A model generated the notes under the pieces. That model was not told the origin of the DNA, ran no database searches, and saw only the letters and a list, made by a program, of their open reading frames with translations. The translations under genes and the position numbers were made by a program. 64,000 bases of DNA, from UHGV virus genome UHGV-0073881, one strand, 5' to 3'. Positions 59,871-64,000 of the stretch are shown piece by piece; the stretch's first letter is position 1; the number at the start of each line of letters is the position of its first letter. This DNA comes from a virus.

Positions 59871-60683
59871 ATGACAAACAGTGTAAATGTAGCTCTAAAC
59901 GGTAAGATTGTTAAAATGCAGACTAAGATTATCAGCGTAGAAGACTTTATTAATGAGAAACGCTACAAGGAAAATCCACGTCAACGAAATACATTAAAAC
60001 GACTTAAGAGCAAACACCTTAATGGTGATGTATCACCAGACCAAACAGTTGTCCATATTGCTAAATTCGGTAGTTCACTGTTTATTATTGACGGCCACTC
60101 ACGCAGAGAGGCATGGAAAGTTGGGAACCTTACACGACCAGAAGGATTGATTGCAGTTATATACCATGTAAACTCTATACTAGATGTTACAGATTTGTAC
60201 ACTCACTTTGACTCTGAGTTAGCAAGAGAGAAACCTTCAGAAGTCTATTACGGAAACATGAAGATGATTTCCTTCAATCCAAAGTCAGAGTTGATGAAAG
60301 CATCTTGGGCTACTGCTATTAAGTATGTTGCTGCATACTATGGGGTGCAACAGGTTTCTAACACTGAAACAGTCAATCACCTTGATGACTTTAAAAATGA
60401 GATGGAGCAAATTGACTCTCTTGAAGTACAGCTCAAAGGTGTAGTAAACGCAAAACGTAAGTATTCCTCTGGTATTCGTGCAGCAATGCTAATTACATTA
60501 CGGCTATATGGTGATGCTGCATTCTCCTTCTGGGAGGACTATAATGACTACTGCGAAGGTATGTCTAACAAATATGTTACAGAGGCATACCAACTAGCAT
60601 TGCAAGCTGGTCGTGGAGCACAGGCTGACAAGCTATTGATGAATCAAGTAATTTCACTTGTCAACTACTTCAGCCAAGAGTAG
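59871..60683 (+). CDS. ParB-like nuclease-domain protein
   Basis: 270 aa; segment FIIDGHSRREAWKVG matches the ParB/Srx N-terminal box (hydrophobic-x-DG-x-x-RR-x-A); directly downstream of dam. Confidence 0.45.
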   Translation: MTNSVNVALNGKIVKMQTKIISVEDFINEKRYKENPRQRNTLKRLKSKHLNGDVSPDQTVVHIAKFGSSLFIIDGHSRREAWKVGNLTRPEGLIAVIYHVNSILDVTDLYTHFDSELAREKPSEVYYGNMKMISFNPKSELMKASWATAIKYVAAYYGVQQVSNTETVNHLDDFKNEMEQIDSLEVQLKGVVNAKRKYSSGIRAAMLITLRLYGDAAFSFWEDYNDYCEGMSNKYVTEAYQLALQAGRGAQADKLLMNQVISLVNYFSQE

Positions 60684-60689
60684 TACACA

Positions 60690-60710
60690 GGCTCCAGAAG
60701 GAGCCTTTTT
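60690..60710 (+). terminator. rho-independent terminator
   Basis: GGCTCC-AGAA-GGAGCC followed by TTTTT. Confidence 0.65.
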
Positions 60711-60852
60711 CGTTTATGTAAGGGGTACATTATGATTAAAGTTATCAAGATAATACCATCATTGGTAATGCTCATAGTAGGGGTAGGTATTATACTTATG
60801 CTTTGCCCTGCTTTTTGGCCTTTTATCTTATAATAGTCTAGGAGATTGACAA

Positions 60853-61200
60853 ATGACATTCAAAGAATTTTGTCAAGCAGCTTTTGTAATCATGTTTTTG
60901 TTAGGTGTAGGTGCTTGGGGTGGCTATACTTACAAGACTAGCCAAGTTAACGAGAAAGAGTTGACTAATCAGAAGCTTGTTAGTGTTGCTAAGGATGCTT
61001 ACCAAGAAGGTTTAGCAAATCTTAGCGCTAATTACAAAAATGATTTGAAAGATGTGCTTGCTAAAAACAAACACACAAAAGAGGTATTGACCTATGAAAA
61101 AACTAAGACAGAGTTTTATAATATTTGTGCTACTGAGCCTTATGTCAGGGTGTTCAACCTACAAAGTGAACAATACCTTCAAAAACTCCCAAGTAAGTGA
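60853..61200 (+). CDS. i-spanin-like protein (inner-membrane anchored)
   Basis: 115 aa; N-terminal TM helix AAFVIMFLLGVGAWGG, then charged coiled-coil-like periplasmic domain; its 3' end contains the start of an out-of-frame lipoprotein ORF. Confidence 0.45.
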   Translation: MTFKEFCQAAFVIMFLLGVGAWGGYTYKTSQVNEKELTNQKLVSVAKDAYQEGLANLSANYKNDLKDVLAKNKHTKEVLTYEKTKTEFYNICATEPYVRVFNLQSEQYLQKLPSK

Positions 61201-61363
61201 GAGTGACAAGTACACTCAGGAAGAGACTAGGTACACTGTCAAGGGTACTAAAGGTGAAGACCTTGCTAGTGCTATGGAGTTTTACCGTGATGGATTCTAT
61301 GAATGTACTATCAAGGCAAACAATTTGATTGATATGATTTTGTTAGGGAATAAGCAGCAATGA
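61094..61363 (+). CDS. o-spanin-like lipoprotein
   Basis: 89 aa; signal peptide with lipobox-like LMSGC; start embedded in the upstream gene in another frame with GAGG 9 nt upstream (Rz/Rz1-type overlap). Confidence 0.45.
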   Translation: MKKLRQSFIIFVLLSLMSGCSTYKVNNTFKNSQVSESDKYTQEETRYTVKGTKGEDLASAMEFYRDGFYECTIKANNLIDMILLGNKQQ

Positions 61364-61629
61364 CAGAAAAGAGTGAAACGTTTTATGTAGAAGGTTACTT
61401 ACTTCTTCCAAGACCAAGTAACACTTATATGAGAATTGATTTTTTACCAACTATCATGGATGATGTAATGTGTCACCTGTTTATTCAGGGTATCACAGCA
61501 CAGCTTAAACATGTTGGAAGAGAGTGTAAGATTCGTGTTGACAACCATCCAGAAATCAACGAGAATCACTACATCTTCTTCGGTGAAGATTCTAAAGAAA
61601 TCTACGCAACGTTAAAGACTAGGAAATAA
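61360..61629 (+). CDS. hypothetical protein
   Basis: 89-aa ORF. Confidence 0.4.
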   Translation: MTEKSETFYVEGYLLLPRPSNTYMRIDFLPTIMDDVMCHLFIQGITAQLKHVGRECKIRVDNHPEINENHYIFFGEDSKEIYATLKTRK

Positions 61630-61784
61630 CATGGATAAGCAAAAGCTGCTTGAACTAATTAAAGAGTATGGTGATACTCGCTACAATGTAGCTGGAGAAA
61701 GCTGTCAAGGTTCAATCGATGGTTTAACTTTCTGGGAAGAATCTTCAGAAGCAATCTTACAACAAATTAGAGAGGTTGTAACAA

Positions 61785-62189
61785 ATGGGTGATTGTGCAG
61801 ATGATGCAGACCGTTGGGCTGAGTTGCAAGGGTTAAGACAGGAATTTAGAGAACTACTCAGGGGTTCTTCACAAGCCTATAAAGAGTACAATCAAGAAGA
61901 CTTCCCTAGCAAGCCTTTGTACCTGATTCACCAAAATAATCTCATGAATGTTGGGTACAGCATGGAACAAAGGATGAAGATTTGTGTAATAAGATACTTC
62001 ATTAATGAATCTGCAAAAGTTGGTGATGAAATCATTTGTCCATGCTGCAATTTGAAGTTTAAGAAGAAAACATATCAGCAAAAGTTTTGTGGAGTTAAAA
62101 AGAAAGGTCATTCAAACTGTAAAGATTTCTTTTTCAACTTTACAAACCCAAAACGTTATGAAAGGGTGAAGTTTTTTGTGAGAGGATGA
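61785..62189 (+). CDS. hypothetical zinc-ribbon protein
   Basis: 134 aa; C-terminal CPCCN ... FCG...HSNC. Confidence 0.45.
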   Translation: MGDCADDADRWAELQGLRQEFRELLRGSSQAYKEYNQEDFPSKPLYLIHQNNLMNVGYSMEQRMKICVIRYFINESAKVGDEIICPCCNLKFKKKTYQQKFCGVKKKGHSNCKDFFFNFTNPKRYERVKFFVRG

Positions 62190-62519
62190 TTGATTATGGT
62201 AATTGATGGTAAAACATTTGTAGCTGTCTTCTCAGATAATGAGAAAGATATTGGTGTAGCCCAAGTTACATATGGTAATGGAGAGTTTTTGTATGGTGTG
62301 GTTGCTTTAGTAGGCACAAGAGGTGATACAAAGACCTTCCAAGATTGTGTACATAAGCTTGAAGAATCTGTGAGTAATCATTGGTGTCTTGTGTTTATGA
62401 ACGCTGATGATGTTAAAGAACGATATGCTAAAATTGGCATTGACATTGTTGGTATTGAACATGTAGAGTTGTACCAACTAACTGAAAAGGTGATGTATGA
62501 AAGCAATACTAGTTCGTAG
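62190..62519 (+). CDS. hypothetical protein
   Basis: 109-aa ORF. Confidence 0.4.
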   Translation: MIMVIDGKTFVAVFSDNEKDIGVAQVTYGNGEFLYGVVALVGTRGDTKTFQDCVHKLEESVSNHWCLVFMNADDVKERYAKIGIDIVGIEHVELYQLTEKVMYESNTSS

Positions 62520-62736
62520 TAAAGAAACTCGTGAAGTTTTAGGTGGTGCAATCATTATCCATAAGGATAGGGTTATTCCATTTATGAATCCACTATTACA
62601 TCGTGATTTTAAGAGTGGTAACTTTAAACATTACTTAGATTCAAATTATATATCACAACACACTCTAGAGGTTTATAAAAGGGCTTGGGCTTCTGATGGT
62701 AGAATTTTCTTCCAAGAGGTAGTTTCAAATGGCTGA
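62497..62736 (+). CDS. hypothetical protein
   Basis: 79-aa ORF. Confidence 0.4.
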   Translation: MKAILVRSKETREVLGGAIIIHKDRVIPFMNPLLHRDFKSGNFKHYLDSNYISQHTLEVYKRAWASDGRIFFQEVVSNG

Positions 62737-62929
62737 TTTCTGCAAGAAGTGTGCAATAGAACACTTTGGTGTTGATACAGGAGACTTGAAAGGTCTCTTC
62801 ACCAAAGAAGAATTTGAAGCTGGTTCAGCTATGCCAGTTATCTGTGAAGGTTGTGGTGCATTATACGTAGACCATGAAGGTAACCGTGTAAAACCATCCG
62901 AAGACATGCAACGTTGGGAGCATTATTAA
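62729..62929 (+). CDS. hypothetical zinc-binding protein
   Basis: 66 aa with CKKC ... CEGC cysteine pairs. Confidence 0.4.
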   Translation: MADFCKKCAIEHFGVDTGDLKGLFTKEEFEAGSAMPVICEGCGALYVDHEGNRVKPSEDMQRWEHY

Positions 62930-62930
62930 T

Positions 62931-63722
62931 ATGGGTATTGTAAAAATTATCAAAGGGGATATCTTTGAAGCTTTTGACAATCAGAAGTTTGATATTATTG
63001 GTCACGGTTGCAACTGCATGAATCTTATGGGTGCAGGGATTGCAGCAACAATTGCAAAACGTTACCCAAAAGCTTATGAGACTGACCAAGAAGTCTACAA
63101 CCTGTTTGGTAAAGACCACAAACCAGTAGCTTTAATGCTTGGAAATCTTAGTGTAGCGCGTTTTAAGCAGGGTCGTATTGCTAACCTATACACTCAGTTA
63201 GTTACTGGTAAAGATGCCCGTTACAATGCTTTAGAGGCTGCTTTAGAGCGACTAAACAACTACTGCAAAGTCAATCAGCTTAAGAAGGTTGGCTTACCAA
63301 TGATAGGTGCAGGGATTGGTGGTCTTGATGGTATGGCTGTGCTATCTATCATTAACCAGACCATGAAGGATGTTGATGTTTACATGTACATCTATGAAGA
63401 TAAGATGTTCAAGGAACTGACTAATCCTAAGTCTGGTTGGGAGAATCACAGTGAACCACAATTCTTCGATGGTGTTGCAAAGGTTGAAGAAGATGTAGTT
63501 ACCCTGTGGGTGAAGCGTAAAGGGAAGGTACATAAAAGTAACCCTCCGGTTGAGAAGTATTCTCTAAGTAACGCTCTAGTTACCCACCCGTTGGCAGGGC
63601 ATTGTATGAGAGGTGTAACATTTGGTGATGATGCTAATGTGTATATCCTTGCAAGCAACGACAAAGATGCTGAGGAAGCACTTTCCTGTGAAGTGATTAA
63701 GTTTGTAGAAGCACGTAACTAG
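62931..63722 (+). CDS. macro-domain-like protein (ADP-ribose binding/processing)
   Basis: 263 aa; N-terminal KGDIFEA ... FDIIGHGCNCMNLMGAGIAATIAKRYP and later VGLPMIGAGIGGLD resemble the two glycine-rich loops of macro domains. Confidence 0.45.
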   Translation: MGIVKIIKGDIFEAFDNQKFDIIGHGCNCMNLMGAGIAATIAKRYPKAYETDQEVYNLFGKDHKPVALMLGNLSVARFKQGRIANLYTQLVTGKDARYNALEAALERLNNYCKVNQLKKVGLPMIGAGIGGLDGMAVLSIINQTMKDVDVYMYIYEDKMFKELTNPKSGWENHSEPQFFDGVAKVEEDVVTLWVKRKGKVHKSNPPVEKYSLSNALVTHPLAGHCMRGVTFGDDANVYILASNDKDAEEALSCEVIKFVEARN

Positions 63723-63754
63723 ATAGCTCTGTAGTAATACTCACAATAGCTTTA

Positions 63755-63799
63755 AGCCTTTCTTACTCAAGCATTCAGCAAGGTAAGGAGGGCTTTTTC
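63755..63799 (+). terminator. stem-loop terminator candidate
   Basis: AGCCTTTCTTAC ... GTAAGGAGGGCT (12-bp stem with two G-U pairs, 16-nt loop) followed by TTTTT. Confidence 0.45.
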
Positions 63800-64000
63800 A
63801 TTTCAAAAACGTGCAGGTGTAGTGCTATAGAGAAATCTGTACAGCAATTTCTGAACTCCAAAGAGAAAAATCATTTTAGAATTGTGCAGGTCAACTCCAA
63901 AGAGCTTTTTCATTTTCAATCTGTGCAGATGCAGTTGGACTCCAAAGGGAAAATTCATTTTCAATTTGTGCAGGTAGGTAGCTATAGGAAGCCAGCCCCA
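63793..64000. repeat. array of imperfect direct repeats (unit ~40-45 bp)
   Basis: four copies of TCATTTT(C/A)(A/G)A-N3-4-GTGCAG(G/A)T at 63811, 63884, 63923 and 63968, interleaved with three copies of ACTCCAAAG(A/G)G; non-coding; runs to the window edge. Confidence 0.55.

Noticed and set aside
60665-60859. 64-aa - strand ORF between the ParB-like gene and the spanin-like pair
   Set aside because: Overlaps the terminator and the + strand hydrophobic mini-ORF; opposite orientation to every neighbouring gene.
61631-61792. 53-codon ORF between the ORF at 61360..61629 and the ORF at 61785..62189
   Set aside because: Plausible (AGGAAA upstream, overlaps the downstream start by 8 nt) but there is no motif and it is below the size where I can support it; not listed as a feature.
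63793-64000. CRISPR array at the 3' edge
   Set aside because: Repeats are imperfect, AT-rich, of uneven spacing (39-73 bp) and lack the uniform repeat-spacer periodicity of CRISPR; no cas genes are present.

Overview
This window reads as a contiguous piece of a large, AT-rich, virulent tailed phage genome, about 120 tightly packed genes with no integrase, tRNA, rRNA or CRISPR. Three blocks are visible. (1) 1-19.4 kb, + strand: a lambda-like head module (S49 prohead protease/scaffold, decoration protein, gpE-like major capsid) followed by a contractile-tail module (sheath, tube, chaperone pair with a likely -1 frameshift, 735-aa tape measure, Mu/P2-like baseplate, two tail fibres with His-x-His tips). 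(2) 20.1-31.5 kb, - strand: thymidylate synthase, DHFR, small early ORFs, ATP-dependent DNA ligase, HNH endonuclease, family-A DNA polymerase. (3) 31.7-63.7 kb, + strand: dNMP kinase, T7-like primase-helicase, SSB-like protein, 5'-3' exonuclease, homing endonucleases, NrdA/NrdB/glutaredoxin/NrdD/NrdG, PRPP-synthetase-like plus NAMPT-like pair, rIIA/rIIB, exported SLT-like protein, Dam methyltransferase, ParB-like protein, an overlapping spanin-like pair and a macro-domain protein. The gene content resembles Felix O1-like myoviruses; this is inference from memory, not a search. Best candidates for something undescribed: (a) a two-gene cassette (24.46-25.5 kb) bracketed by two ~370-390 bp non-coding, G-poor regions built from shuffled shared modules, one a hairpin with compensatory stem changes; (b) an array of ~40-45 bp direct repeats at the 3' edge (63.8-64.0 kb); (c) a possible NAD+/ADP-ribose counter-defence set (PRPS-like + NAMPT-like, macro domain); (d) the Dam + ParB-like pair. 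All protein calls rest on motifs read by eye and on synteny; no database search was run.
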